Shown here piece by piece: positions 25,819 to 39,210 of a stretch of 64,000 nt of DNA; the first letter of the stretch is position 1; each line of letters opens with the position of its first letter. Under the pieces are notes generated by a model. That model made no database searches. It saw only the letters and a list, made by a program, of their open reading frames with translations, and was not told the origin of the DNA. Origin of the DNA: the human T2T-CHM13v2.0 reference genome, Homo sapiens; assembly GCF_009914755.1 (NCBI RefSeq), contig NC_060938.1; one strand, 5' to 3'. A program made the position numbers and the translations under genes.

Positions 25819-25940
25819 TAGGGTGATGCACTCATTCTGATTTGACTAGGACTTTCTTGGTCTTAGCACTGAAAGTTCCATGTCCAGAGAAACCCTTTAG
25901 TACTGTACTAGTACTGACACTAGCACAAATGGCTGCCCTA
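25819..25940. mobile_element. MER81 (hAT-Blackjack MITE)
   Basis: taggg...cccta termini, ttagcactgaaagt core, 8-bp TSD cattgaac/cattgaat. Confidence 0.8.
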
Positions 25941-25989
25941 CATTGAATCGCACAGAATAGGTATTCAGTAAACACCAGTCCTTATGTAT

Positions 25990-26745
25990 TTCCAAGATGA
26001 GAGTGCATTATGATTTCATAACTAAGAAGGCACCTGCAGATGATGAAAGTCACATCAGACAAACTTACTTAACAAACATATTCTTAAAGAGGGAAAAGGA
26101 AGAGAGAGCACCATAAAATAAGAAGATGATGTCAAGAAACAAGAGCATGCATTTGCAGAGAAGAACCAGTTAGCATTCTTGAGAAAGAAAAGATAATTAG
26201 TGGGGAAATGCCCTCCATAGCTGAGTTGAATAGCAGCTTGGAAGCACAGGAACTGTGAAACAGTTACTGGGAGACAAAGCTTAGGAAACATCCAGAATGC
26301 AGCATAAATAAGTGAAGAAATAGAAAATAGGAAAGAAAATTTAAGAGGTATGTGGCATAGACCTAGAAACTCTACATGTCACCTGGAAGAAATTCTAGAT
26401 AGAGAAAACAGAGAGTAAAGACAATGGTGGAGAGCAATATTTTGAATGAACGTGGATGAGGTTTCCGAAAATTTAAAAAATCAACACATCAAACAAAAAT
26501 GAAGTTTGAAAAGCTTCAAGTGAGAAAAGATAAATCATATAATAAGTAATGATAATTGAACAGACATCAGGTTTTCCATTTACAGCACAGGATGCTAGAA
26601 GTTATGAGAATGTTGTTTACAAAATACTAAAGGAAAATACCTTTGAACTCAAAACTTCACACTAGCCATGTAATAGGGGAAGAAGGACGGTGATGTACAG
26701 ACATTTGTCTGATGTGCAGGGTCTTAGAGAATTTACCACCTGCAG
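25990..26745 (+). mobile_element. HAL1/old L1 ORF1-region remnant
   Basis: A-rich degenerate ORF1-like sequence, e.g. gatgctagaag...tacaaaatactaaaggaaaatacctttgaactc. Confidence 0.55.
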
Positions 26746-26753
26746 AATCTCAC

Positions 26754-27044
26754 TTTTTTTTTTTTTCTTTTGAGCCTCGGTCTGTCACCCAGACTGGAGT
26801 TCAGTGGCGCGATCTTGGCTCACTGCATCCTCTGCCTTCCAAGTTCAAGCAATTCTCTGCCTCAACCTCCCGAGTAGCTGGGATTACAGGTGCCTGCCAC
26901 CACGCCCAGCTAATTTTTGTATTTTTAGTAGAGATGGGGTTTCACCATCTTGGCCAGGCTGGTCGTGAACTCCTGACCTCGTGATCCACCCGTCTCGGCC
27001 TCCCAAAGTGCTGAGATAACAGGCGTGAGCCACCGTGCCCGGCC
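26754..27044 (-). mobile_element. AluS (Sg/Sc-like, antisense)
   Basis: gaactcctgacctcgtgatccacc; poly(T) head. Confidence 0.93.
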
Positions 27045-28239
27045 AATTTTTTTTTTTAATCTTAATGGATATACACTAACAAGAAGATAAATGGAGTGAT
27101 ATAAGAAAGGATAAGAAATAATGGAGGATAAGGAAATCTGTAATAAAAATAATTCTAAACAATAAGAAGAAAAATACAGTGGAAGCTTTCCTATATACAA
27201 ATATAAGACTAGTAGGCAAAAAAGAAAATAACAATAATGTATCAATGACACAAGGTTTTATTTTCATTAAAATAAATTTATTTTTATTTAAACTTTATAC
27301 CTTCAATGATGGAGTCATTGACTTTTTGAGGCTTTTCAGTTTGTATACGTGTGGCTGAATGAAGTTCTATATGTTTCTTACGTATGAACCACACCTTCTT
27401 CAGATCAGCATTTGGCTTTTTAAAAAATCTTAATTTCTTTTAATTAGTGTGAGAAACTAATTTGACAAGGAATCTGAGGGTAGAATCTTCCTAATATTTT
27501 ACAAATGTTTCATTCCTTTATATATGTCTTACATTTAATTAGACAGCATGATTATGATACTTCTTTCATATCATTCAATGTGGTTTTCATGGAAACAACT
27601 CTTTTTCCTTTAGCATTCATATTGGTGATTTGTGGGATATTTAAATCATACAGTTTACCTCTGGCATAATCAGTTTTGAGGACAAACATGACTCTTGTTA
27701 CGCTCCCAGTGTCCTTCGTGGGAGCAGGAGAGCCAATGTGTAGAAGGGGTAATTTGCCTGAACTGCAGTGGACCCTGGGCTGTAAACTTTACAGACAGAA
27801 TGGGAAACACAGCCAAGATGACAACTCAGCTGAGTGTAGGTCCTCCGCTGGAGCCTCTGCCATCCCGGCGTAGTAGTAACAGTACTAATCATTATCAATA
27901 AATTGTACCTTGCTGTGTTTAACAGTAATCTGAAGCTAAATTTTAGGAAAAAATAGCATGAGATCCTAGAAGGCAGAGGCCGGTGGGAAAAAGTAATAGA
28001 TTACAGTCTCTGTCTTCATTAAGTACGAAGAGGGTAATGATACAGTTAGGCATTTTCAGGAAGAAAAGTTAAATATGGGTGTTAAGATACAAGAGTGGCC
28101 ATACAAAATTTATAAAATCAAAGTATATCTTCTACACCAAAAGAAGAAAAAAAAATGTCAAATACAAGACTGGAAAAAAAACTAATAGCAGGATATGAAA
28201 CAAAGCAAAAATAATAATAATATGACCTTTATATGTCCA

Positions 28240-30560
28240 AGCATATAAAATGCAATCAAAAACAAATTAAACTCACCTATTTAAAAACGAAGACAATGAT
28301 TTGATTTTTCACTTAATCCAACAATGCTTACTGTTACGTGTCATAAAATGACTAATTATATAAAAGTGAAATGATATGTCTTGGATTTGCTTTAAATTAT
28401 TTCAACTAAGACAAGCAAAGGGGAGTAGATGAAGTAAATACAGTACAACATTAATAATTGTTGAATTGGGGTAAGTGGACATCAGAAGTTCATGGTACCA
28501 TCACCTACTTTTGGTGTGTTTGAATATTTTTAGTAAGAAAAATCTTGAAGGATTTAAAGTGGTGTTCGGAAGGAAATGTAAGGCTGTAAAGCATTTATTA
28601 CAGATCAAGGAAGGTTGAAAATTAAGCAACTGTGTCCTCAGTTCTATCAGTTTTTTTTGGTCAGCTTTACTAAAATTTACCATTTAAGAGCGTACTTTTA
28701 ATAAGATGCATACAGTCTTATAACCACCACCAAAAACATAATATTAAACATGGGAAATTAAAAAAATTTTTTAATGTTATCTTCCAATTAATCTATACGT
28801 TAACAATTTACTAATACAATCTAATTGAATCCCAGTAACATTCTTCATGGTATATGACAAATTGATTTTTAATTTCACATGGATGAATACCAACGTCAAA
28901 AATGTTTTTAAACGGGTGATTTTTCTACTAAATACGGAGATGCATTATATTTTATAGAAATTAAAATGACAAAGTATTATCCAATAAATGATAACAGATC
29001 ACTGGACTGTAAGGATGAGTGCAGAAGCAAACACTTGCATATAAGGGCACTTAGCATAGGATAGAGGAAGGATGGCTAACCAGTGGGTATGACAGAGCCT
29101 CTGCCAAACAGTAACCAGATCATTTTATTTTTTTCCTGGGAACACAGGGAAGCTACGTTCCCCATCTTTCTTTGTGTCTAGAAATGAGCCAATGGAATAT
29201 AGATGAAAATGATATAGAGCATTTCCCTATCTAGTCCCTAAAATGTCCTGAGTGGTTATTTCCATTTACTTCGTGCAGCATGATTAGAAGTAAAGGACTC
29301 CAAGATGGTACAAGGTCAAAATGGAGTGAGTCAGATTTCTGTGGCCTTGCATGAAGGAGAGCTGTCCAGGAGGACAAGCCGACCCACATTGAATTGTAGA
29401 AATTGAATTGTGTAAGTCAAAGAGGAATAAGGAGTGTTACAATAGTTAGCATTAAGCCCCTAATTAACAGCCAGGAAAACAATGAACATTTAATATGTAG
29501 CTTGGGGAAAATGGCTATGTTTAATAAAGTAAAAATGAAACATAATTAGTACTTGGATTCCTATAAAAGAGAAGAATGAATTCAAGAAGGAATAAATACC
29601 CAGTAATTAAAAATACACTTAAAAGTATAAGAAAGTAACATAGGAGAATGTTTTGTTGATTTGGGAATTAAGAGGACTTTCTCAAACAAAATGGATAACA
29701 GAATGAAACAGTGATCTTAAAGAAAAAAAAATGACAAATTTAACCAGATCAAAATTCCAAAAAGGAATCTCATACCAAAATATCAGAAAACAGAATACAA
29801 TATATAATTTGACACTAGGAAGGAAAACATTCACAACATATAAAGCAGTATTATGATTCAATATATGTAAAGCATATCTACAAATTAATATTTAAAAGTC
29901 AAATGATGAAAAGGGAAGTAAATGAAGGCTGTGAGTAGAAGAGGAATTTCGAATGGCCTGTAAATTGATGAAAAGATGCTCAACTTCTTTAATTGTCTGG
30001 AAATGCAAATTAAACAAGAATAAGATACCATTTATCATATGTCAGATTGGCAAAGATAAAACAGTTTGATAATTCCAAGTGTTGAAGAACCCACCCACAA
30101 GTTACAGGAGGGGAGAACCCTGGAGACATCTGGGAGCACAACATAGCATTATCTGGGAGAACTGTGCATGCATCCAGCACCTGGCAGTACCAATTATAAG
30201 GGCTCCCCTAAAGCAATATCAGCCCTTGTGCAAGCACAACTGTGCAAGATGTTCAATGCCTCATGGTTTGCAAGAACAAGGGACTGGCGATCACTTTGAA
30301 GTCTATCAATATAGGACTGTTTAAATAAAATACAGAGTCTCATATGATGAAATAATATCGAGAGAAACAAACTAGATAAATGAGTTTCAGGCTTAATACA
30401 TACCAAAAGATAAAATACTTTTTGAGAAAAGCATGTTTCAGAACAATTTCTCTAGAACTTTTCCATTTCTCTCCATGTTCAAATGTACATGCATCAAAAA
30501 TAATACATTTTCATTTGGATAGCATGTCAATGTAAAAATATAACATGGGGATTATAAGAG
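28240..30560 (+). mobile_element. Fragmented old L1 (L1M/ME) ORF2/3' remnants, interrupted by an MLT1-type LTR (approx. 29085-29470)
   Basis: atgaaaagatgctcaacttc...gaaatgcaaattaaacaagaataagataccatt...cagattggcaaagat. Confidence 0.6.
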
Positions 30561-31949
30561 TACACACAGTTGTTAGAGTTTCACCAGAAAATACATGACA
30601 CACCAAAACTGCGAGAATTTCAGGGGAGTTTAGTGTTGAGACAGTTTATAAAAAGTATGCTTGCTTTGGGAAAATCATGAAGTGATGTTGAAGCACCTGG
30701 TCTTGAGGCTATGGAAATCCTGGAGCACCCTAGAGTTGGATAAGTGCATGTCAGGAGGAGTTGCCAGATCCTGGCAGGAGGCCATACAAAGGGGGATGCA
30801 GCTGGACCCTGGCAACCCTGCAAGGATGGAGCTGGCAGACTAAACATTACACAAATTAGTCTCCTTTGTTTCAGAAGACTTATTAGAGTTCCCATCTTCA
30901 CTTCCTCTGCCTCTTTTCCTCCTTCCCCATACCTCTTTAATATGGATGGTGGCTATTCCTTGTTCTGATTCATGATGAAATTTCTATTTTGGAATCTGAG
31001 AAATCAATACTTTCCTGCTGTTGCATTCTGATCTGATATTCTTGCATCCTGTTATAATGGAAGGACTGGGAAGCAGAATGTGAGTTCTTCTTTTCTTGTG
31101 TCTGCTTCTCATTGAACATGAGAAATTGACCAAGTCACATTCTCTTTCTTGACCTCAGTTTTGTAATCTCTAAAGTGAGGATGATAATACTACCGCAAAG
31201 GGTCCTTGGCAAGATCAAGTGGGATAGCATCTCACCGTTGTCTGATGCAGTGTTTCTGGAACTTTAATGTGCTTATGAGTCACATGGGGATGGCCTTAAA
31301 ATCAATACTCCAATTCATTGCATCTAGGGAAGAGCCTGAGATTTCTAATGCCAGTGATGCTGGGTGCCAACCACACGTTGCATAGCAAGATATTAGACAT
31401 CGAGATTAAAGTGCTACATACTAAGGTAAGTGTAGGAAATTCTAAGGGCAAGCAGACTTCTTTACTGCAGGAATCCCCAACAGCTCTTATCTACTCAGTG
31501 TACACAGGGGTCTGTCAGGAGTCTGTAATGTGCAAGACAGAATCTGAGAAAACTGATCAACAGAACAGATCCTAACATGGGACTTACCAATATCCATGAT
31601 GTGAAGCCTTTTTACCTGGCCCGACTCAGAAGAGTCAAAGCAGAGAGGAGCATATTAGCCATGCAGTGAATAGATTTTATCATTTAATAATCAAGCACTT
31701 AATTAAAAATAAGTAATTCATAACAGTGATTAACATAAGGTGGCTAAGTAGGTTGGTTTGACACCCATGGCATTTAAATAGAGGATAGGAATCAGTATCT
31801 CTTTCTTCTTCTGAAACGTATTTCTCTAAAAAATGGGTCTTAGATGAGCAAGTGTAATTTTTACTAAGTTTAAAGAGAGAAATAATCCCCACACTGAATG
31901 TTACCATGATGCAGGTGACTTGTACACATATCCTTGAAGAAAACATCTT

Positions 31950-33345
31950 TAAGGATTTACTTATTTGGTAGACAAGTACTTATTTAGGTTCTGCTCCATC
32001 CCAGACACTGTGTTACCTGCCAGTTAAGCTGTAGCAAAGTGGAGTGTGGTATCACCCTCAAGAAACTGATATGCTAGTGGCCAGGAATGTACAGGCGATG
32101 CTATGAGGAGTGCCGTGAAGGAAATAAGTGGGACCCAGAGGGAGTGACGGAAGCTGGTCAGTAGGCTACTTGATTCAGAAGGTCTCTCCAAGGTGGCGCT
32201 CTTTTAAAAGAGACCTGCAGGATTAAAGGCAAGGCCTGGGCAAAGGGGCCAAGGTAAGAAACAGCCTGGCAGTCTCAGGGAACAAAGTGAGTGGAATTGC
32301 AGAAAGTTGGAGAAGTACATAGCAGAGACCAGGTGCCGTATCCTGCAGGTCCCTGTGCATCACAATGAGGGCTTTGAGTTTTACTCTTACTTTCCTGGGA
32401 AACCATTGGAGTCTTTTGGTTTGTTTTAGTGATTTACGGATTTTTGTTGTTATCTTTGTTGTTCTTTTTCTTTGTAGAGACAGGGGCTTGCCCTATTATC
32501 CAGGCTGCAGTGCAGTGGAAGGATCATAGCTCATGGCAGACTCAAATTCCCAGGCTCAAGTGATCCTCCTGCTTCAGCTGCCTGGGTTGCTGTGATTATA
32601 GCCATGCACCACTGCACCTGGCTATTTTTTAATTACTTTTTGTAAAGACTGGGGTCTCACTATGTTGCCTAGGCTGGTCTTAAACTCTTGGCTTCAAATG
32701 ATTCTCCTACTTCGGGCTCCCAAAATGCCAAGATTATAAGCATGGGCCACAACACCCAGATGTTTTACTGATTTAGAGATCATTCTGGCTATCTGATGAG
32801 AGGGGCAGGCTGGTCAGGGAGTGAGCCTGGAAACAGGAAGCTGAGCAGAGCACGATGATGGCTTGGACCACCTGCCAGTATCATGGCAGTACAGTTGGGA
32901 GCTGGGGGGTATTGGAGATGTAAGTGGAACCGGAGTCATCAGGAGGTAGTGATGAATTGGATTGGGGTCTACTCTTGAGAGAAAGGAAACAGTCCAAGGG
33001 ACCCTTGGGCTTCTAGCAGTAACAATGTGGGGAGCTGAGGAGAGAGAAAAATTTTCCTAGTCAGGGAAGACTAGGAGGAAAAATAGGTTTGGAGTGGAAG
33101 TAGACTCATTTCGAACACATCATTGTTGAGGGTTTCCATTACTTATCGAAAAGGATATGACAAATGTCTGGACTGATAATCTATATTCAGGAGTTTTTAG
33201 CTTACATTTAAAGCCATGACAGAGAATGAGAACACCTGGAGAAATGATAGAGAGATGAGATAGAAGAGGACCCAGAAGTTATTCCTGAGGCATCAGCACA
33301 TTGGAAGATGGAAAGGGCATTCTCACCAAGTAGGAGGAACACTAG
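31950..33345 (-). mobile_element. L2 fragments (antisense), interrupted by AluJ
   Basis: ttacttatttggtagacaagtacttatttagg 3' end; gagatcattctggct, tgatgatggcttggacc. Confidence 0.7.
32450..32760 (-). mobile_element. AluJ (antisense)
   Basis: gatcatagctca...ggctcaagtgatcctcctgc...tcactatgttgcctaggctgg. Confidence 0.88.
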
Positions 33346-33863
33346 TGAGAAGAACAGGGTCTGGAGACAGGAAACCTAAGGCCAACCCACAGCTGCCTTC
33401 TTGAAATTAGACTAAGAGAAAAACCTCACCTTTCTATAACCAAGTAATGAGAGGTCAAAGGCCCCTCCCTCTTCAAACCTCCCCTCCGTTACGTCACTAA
33501 AGGGAAGGTCTGTAAACGGTCCATTCTGAAACCTTCATTTGCATATACATCATAGGTGGGATGCCTCTGATTGGTCCTGGGCAGAATCCTTCTTTTGTAT
33601 AGGGTGTAACGTATCAGAGGCTTCTAAAGTGTACGTAGGGGTGTTACCGTGCTCTTTGAATTCAATAAAAACTTCAGGGAATATTACCATCAGGGCTCTT
33701 GAGCCACTTGCTGGAGCCTACTCCCACTCTGTGGAGTGTACTTTCGTGTCCATAAGTCTTTGCTTTTGTCGTCCATTGCTTTGTCTGTGCATTTTTTTCA
33801 ATTCTTTGTTGAATATGCCAAGAACCTGGAAAACTTGCAGTCAAGACTTCCCATCCAGTAACA
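33346..33863 (+). mobile_element. ERV1 solo LTR, MER51-like
   Basis: TG...CA termini, agggtctggagacaggaaacctaaggcc 5' motif, AATAAA near 33665, 4-bp TSD ctag (33342-45, 33864-67). Confidence 0.82.
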
Positions 33864-35366
33864 CTAGGAGAAGGTGGTGTCAAGGAAGTTCAGTGAGGAG
33901 AGAGTTTCACAAGAGGGGAATGGATGGAGGCATGAATGATGTCAAAGGGCTGGATAAAGAGCAAGCAGAAAGGTGTTCCAGCCCCAGGCTGAGCTAGGCA
34001 CTGGCATGTGAGTGTTGGGCAAGATCAGTCTCTGCCCTCCCAGGACTCAAGGTCTGTGTCACTAGGGGATGAGTTATATCTGAACAGGCATGGCGAGGCA
34101 CTCACAGAGGCTGCTGGCCAGGCAGCCCACTGCACCTGCTTCTCTGATAGCACTGGGGAGCACACACTGTCATGTGTCCACTTCATTCTGCTTTGAGTGT
34201 GTGTGTCTGTGTTTAATGTCTCTAACACTAGAAAGATAAACTCCCCTGTGACGCCTATAGGAGTTCTGGTAGTGCAAGCATTCAATGGATGTTTACAGAA
34301 TAATAAATAAAATATGTGAAAACTCTACAAACACTTTATAAAAATACCATACACAGATTTTTATTTTTATTATTGCTGCTGTGAGAACTGGTAAATTAAC
34401 TTCCTAATTAGGTCTTGTACAATTTTATAACAGGAAGCAGGTGACAGGCACCGCTCCACTCCCCACCCCCAAAAAGATACAACAACATTTAAAGTAAGAA
34501 GGAAATGGCCATACTAAACTTTCCCCTCATCATCTCCTCATTTTTTCACTTTTGTTAATTTCTCCTCTAGTCTTGCTACCTACCACTCTGATGACAGAAA
34601 ACACAGAAGGAATTGAGAGACATAGTCAAAAAAGGAATGTGGCAGGAGAAGTTAGCCAGGAGAATCCACAGGACTTTGCATCTGTTCTGAGGACTGAGGA
34701 GTGGAATTCAACAGGCCCAGGGAACAGGAACCACCCCCGTGAGCCTCTCCTACAAATGCTGCTTCCAGTCCAGACCTGCTTGCCGGCCGGCTCTTGTGTC
34801 AGCACACCTTGAACTCCTGCTGTACTCAATCCTTCCACTTTCTAGGCAGCAATCACAGTGGCCTCAGGTGACCTTAAGCTTTAAGTTGAAATAACTTGTT
34901 TTCAGGTTGAAATGACATATTTGACAGTAGAGGGTAAATTCAACTACTTCTAAAGCACAAACCCCCCAAATTCATGCCAAAGAGAACCATTCTTACTGCT
35001 TCAAGACATGTGAAAAGCCTGAAACCTGAAAAAATACCACTCTGCTGATTTCAGGAAAATTGCAACCTGTGTCACACCAAGGAGGGGGTTAAACCTACAA
35101 GAGGGCTAAGTAGACGAGTAGTCAGGGTGACCAGGAGATGCACTTACTAGCTGCAGAGTGTCTGTGGGGGAAAGTCAACAGCAACAATAGCAACAACGAC
35201 AATGACTTTATAGCATTTTTAACCACTTCCTTGCATGCCATTCTAGGACATACTTTGGATAGATTATCATCATCTCCATCTGCATATTGAAAAACTAAGT
35301 AAAAATGAAGAATGAACATAAAACTCATTTAAGGCTTCCTCTAACTTGGTCTGTTGTCTGCCCTGT

Positions 35367-35710
35367 GGTATTAGTTCATTTTCACACTGCTGATAAAGAC
35401 ACACCTGAGACTGGGCAATTTACAAAAGAAAGAGGTTTAATGGACTTACAGTTCCTCGTGGCTGGGGAGGTCTCACAATCATGGCAGAAGGTGAAAAGCA
35501 CATCTCACATGGTGGCAAACAAGAGAAGAGAGCTTGCACAGGGAAACTCCCATTTTTAAAACCATCAGATCTCATGAGACGTATTCACTATCAGGAGAAT
35601 AGCACGGGAAAGACCTGCCCCCACAATTCACTTACCTCCCAGTAGGTCCCTCCCACAACATGTGGAAATTCGAGAAGAGATTTGGGTGGCGACACAGCCA
35701 AACCATATCA
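35367..35710 (-). mobile_element. THE1A/B MaLR solo LTR
   Basis: gtattagttcattttcacactgctgataaagac...gacacagccaaaccatatca. Confidence 0.93.
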
Positions 35711-36779
35711 CCTACCCAGCCCTATCACAGGCTCCTGGCATCAATTATACCCTAGCTTCAGGATGAGAATGGACGGAGAATCAATATGAGACCATGAGAT
35801 AAACTGACAAATAGAAACAGGAAAAAGGAAAAGTAAAAAGTTTTAAAGGTGTTCCATTGGTTATTGCAAACCAAACAATAATAACCAGATCTAAAATCAT
35901 AATAGTGTTCATAGAGTTTTCTACTCAAAAGTTCTAAGAAATACCAAAGCTGTGCCCCTTACATAACAAAAGCTAAATTTCCCTTCAGTGGGAAGAGCTG
36001 AAGGAACACTGGCTGGCTTGTGGCAGCTCGCCCTAGGACTTTGCAAATCCATGAGTAAATTGGCTGTCCTGTGGGGCACTACTTTATCCTCAAATCCTGA
36101 CCCAAGAAAACTCAGATCTCAGTGGTGTCCGCAAGCTGTGTCTCTCCTTCTGCCTCTCCAACTTGGCTTATGCAAACAATCTCATTAATCCCTGGTCAAG
36201 TGCAAGCATGCAAAGCCCTGTTGAAAGAGGGTGAGAGGGAAATGAAAGAAAAGACGATCCTTGGATCAACAGAAACACTGGGATTACCAGGCTGCGTCTC
36301 TTCCCATCTTAACAATAGCCGGCGAGTGCCCCACAGGCAGCCCACCCCAGTATGACATTTGTGGTGGTCCTTGTCTGTGCCCCCACTGCTACTGGCCAGC
36401 AGCTTGGGTTTGGAAAGAGCCTCTGGCATACTGATCTGATGTCATTAAGGGACCTCTGCTTTCTAGTGCAGAATGCATTCAAAATTGTTTGTGACAGTGG
36501 TGCCTCCACCCCCGTAATTATTTAATTTTTCTGGAATGTAGAGATTTGGCATAAGGCACTGGACTGGGAGCCCACGGCAATCAGTCTTCTTCTCTCTTGC
36601 ACAGGACACCATCCTATCTGGAGCTGCAAGAGGGTCAAAGGTCCATTGGAAAAGAGCTTGTTCCTTTCAGTTGGATCTGGAATTAGATCTGACTGATGTG
36701 CTAAGTGCTAAAATTACTTATGTCTACTTGGGAAACAGTCAATGGACAGCCACCAAACTAAATGAGTTTGTGACATTTT

Positions 36780-36852
36780 TTCTCTCTGCCTTTCTCTCTC
36801 TCTCTGTGTCTCTCTCTGTCTCTCTCTCTGTCTCTCTCTGTCTCTCTCTCTC
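36780..36852. repeat. (TC)n/(TCTG)n microsatellite
   Basis: Directly visible. Confidence 0.9.
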
Positions 36853-38457
36853 AACACTAAAACTGAAAAGCCAAATCCATTAAACGATTCATACTTTGAT
36901 TTGCAAAAGACAACAAACATATTCTCTGAGCAAGGGAAGCATGTCTTTTCTTGCATCTGAGTTCAGGAACACTGAGTCTTTCCATTCAGGTCCGTCAAGG
37001 TACATGAAGTTGAAGGGTGATCTAATAGGTTTTCAAGGCAAAAGGAGTATTCTTTGTCCACGTTACTCTATTCAATAATTTTTCTGCCATTGAACACACA
37101 TACACTGATCATTTAGCCTTGATTCCCACATCTGCAAAAATAAAGAATTAAAAATCCTATTCACAGAGCGATCACAGGCAAACTGGGTGCTCCCAGCACA
37201 GACATGACCCTGGGTAAATGCTGAAAAAGTTTCTGTTAAAAGAAAGAGTGAGTTTTGCTTATGTGAACAAACAATGAATCATAGATGTGAAAGCAGGAAA
37301 GGGAGTAACAATAAACAAAGTTTAGTGCTGCCACTTCACAAAGAAAAAAACGAGACCCTTACTGGGGTGGTATCTGACCCAAGGCCATGTAACCATGTCA
37401 TGGCCGAATAAGCACTAGAGCTAGTTCTCCAAACTCCTAGGCCAGTGTCTTTCAACTGTAGGTCAAAAATGAAGTTGCTACTAGCTAAACAACAACTGGA
37501 AATTCCCCTGTCTCTTCCCTCTTTTTAAATTTTAGTAATAGTAGTAATAATAGTATTAAAAGAGTAGTCTTGACCACTCCTTGTGTTTTTACCTTCCCAA
37601 GAAACAATGAGGTCAATGGTACCAGCAATGATTCTGGGCCAGTGCTGTTTAAAGTATCGGAGGACCAGCAGGCTCAGGGTTCCTGGGTAGCTTAGCGGAT
37701 CCTACACATCTGGATTTTAATAAACTCTCCTGGTGATTCCAATGCACACTGCATTTTTAGGATCACTGAGCTAGACAAAAGCAATCAGATGACTGGATGA
37801 CTGCAAAGGCACCCACAGCACTTAGCGGCACCGTGGGAACTGTGGTCACTGTTATTGGTTGACCACTTATATTCTTTTCCCTTGCCTATACCCCAATACA
37901 GAGACTTAGAAAGTCAGACATTCTCTTTCCCACTCTGACAGCTAAAGGTGGCCATGAAACCAAATTCTGACTAATGAGATGTATGGGGAGACCCACTGAG
38001 GATTTTGGGGAAAAGATTTTTCTCCTCAGCAGAAAAAAAAAATAGGAGAAATTCCAAGGGAGTCTATGTCCACCTACATTCCTGACTTCCAATGCAGTGT
38101 GTAAGGGTGAGATTGCAACCCAGAGAAGAAACTCAAAAGGACCACAGAGATGCTATCCCAGAACAGTGGTATCACTGAAACACTCAACTACAACCGTGTA
38201 TCCTTGATAGGGAAGGAAGATGACATTTCTGCTTATACATCTATTATCAAAGCGATCATTTTGCTAAGAACTTTTGTCTCCCTGATAACCATGAGCAACT
38301 TATAAAACAGCACGGAATGTACATTTCTGCTTAGCATTTTAAAATGAAATAGAATCAACTCATAGATGGAATGCTGCCACGTAAGGAGGTGATGACCATG
38401 CAACATGGGAGAAGAGAGAGGGAAGGAGAGACCAACAAGGCACAGCCTTGGTAAGGT

Positions 38458-39210
38458 GTGTGTGTGTTTCCTAGGACTGCAATAAGAAACTCCCACCAAC
38501 TCAAAGCTGAAAACACAGACAGTCATTCTCTCATGGTTCTGAAAGCCAGGATTCCTGATATCAAGATGTCAGCAAAAAGAATCTGCTTCACACCTCCTGT
38601 TGTGGATTGAATTGCAGTTTCTCAAAAATGTTGAAGTCTTGACCCCCAGTACTTATAAATGTGATCTTATTTGGATATGAGGCTTTTATAGGTGATCAAG
38701 TTAAAATGAGGTGATTAGAATACATCCTAATCTGATATGATTGTGTTCTTAGAAAAGTTTAAAAATTGGTCACAGAGACAGACATGCTGGAGAGAATGCC
38801 GTGGGAAGACACTGGGAGAAGGTCACCTACCAGCCAAGGAATGCCAGAGGCTACCAGAGGCTGGGAGAAAGAGAGAGAACAGATTCTTCCTCACAGCCTT
38901 CAGGAAGAACCAATTCTGCCTACATTAACCTCCCTCCTGCCTTTTGAAGGCTGCCTGCAGTCCTTGGCATCCCTTGGTTTGTGGACCCATCAGTCCAACC
39001 TCTTCCTTTATCTTCACATCGTCTCCCCCTCTGTGTCTCGGTCTCAGAGAAGGACAATTGTCAGCAGGTTTAGAGCCTGATCTAAATCCAAGATAATTTG
39101 ATTTTGAGATCCTTAATTATATCCACAAGAACTATCTATAATAGGGTCAGTTTCACAAATACCAGAGTTTAGGACATGTACATAACTTTCTTGGGGATAC
39201 GATGAACAAC
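38458..39210 (-). mobile_element. MLT1C/D-type LTR (antisense) split by a sense MLT1B-type LTR (approx. 38598-38925)
   Basis: Antisense halves tttcctaggactgcaataag... and ...cttggcatcccttggtttgtgg; nested sense piece starts tgttgtggattgaattg. Confidence 0.7.
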
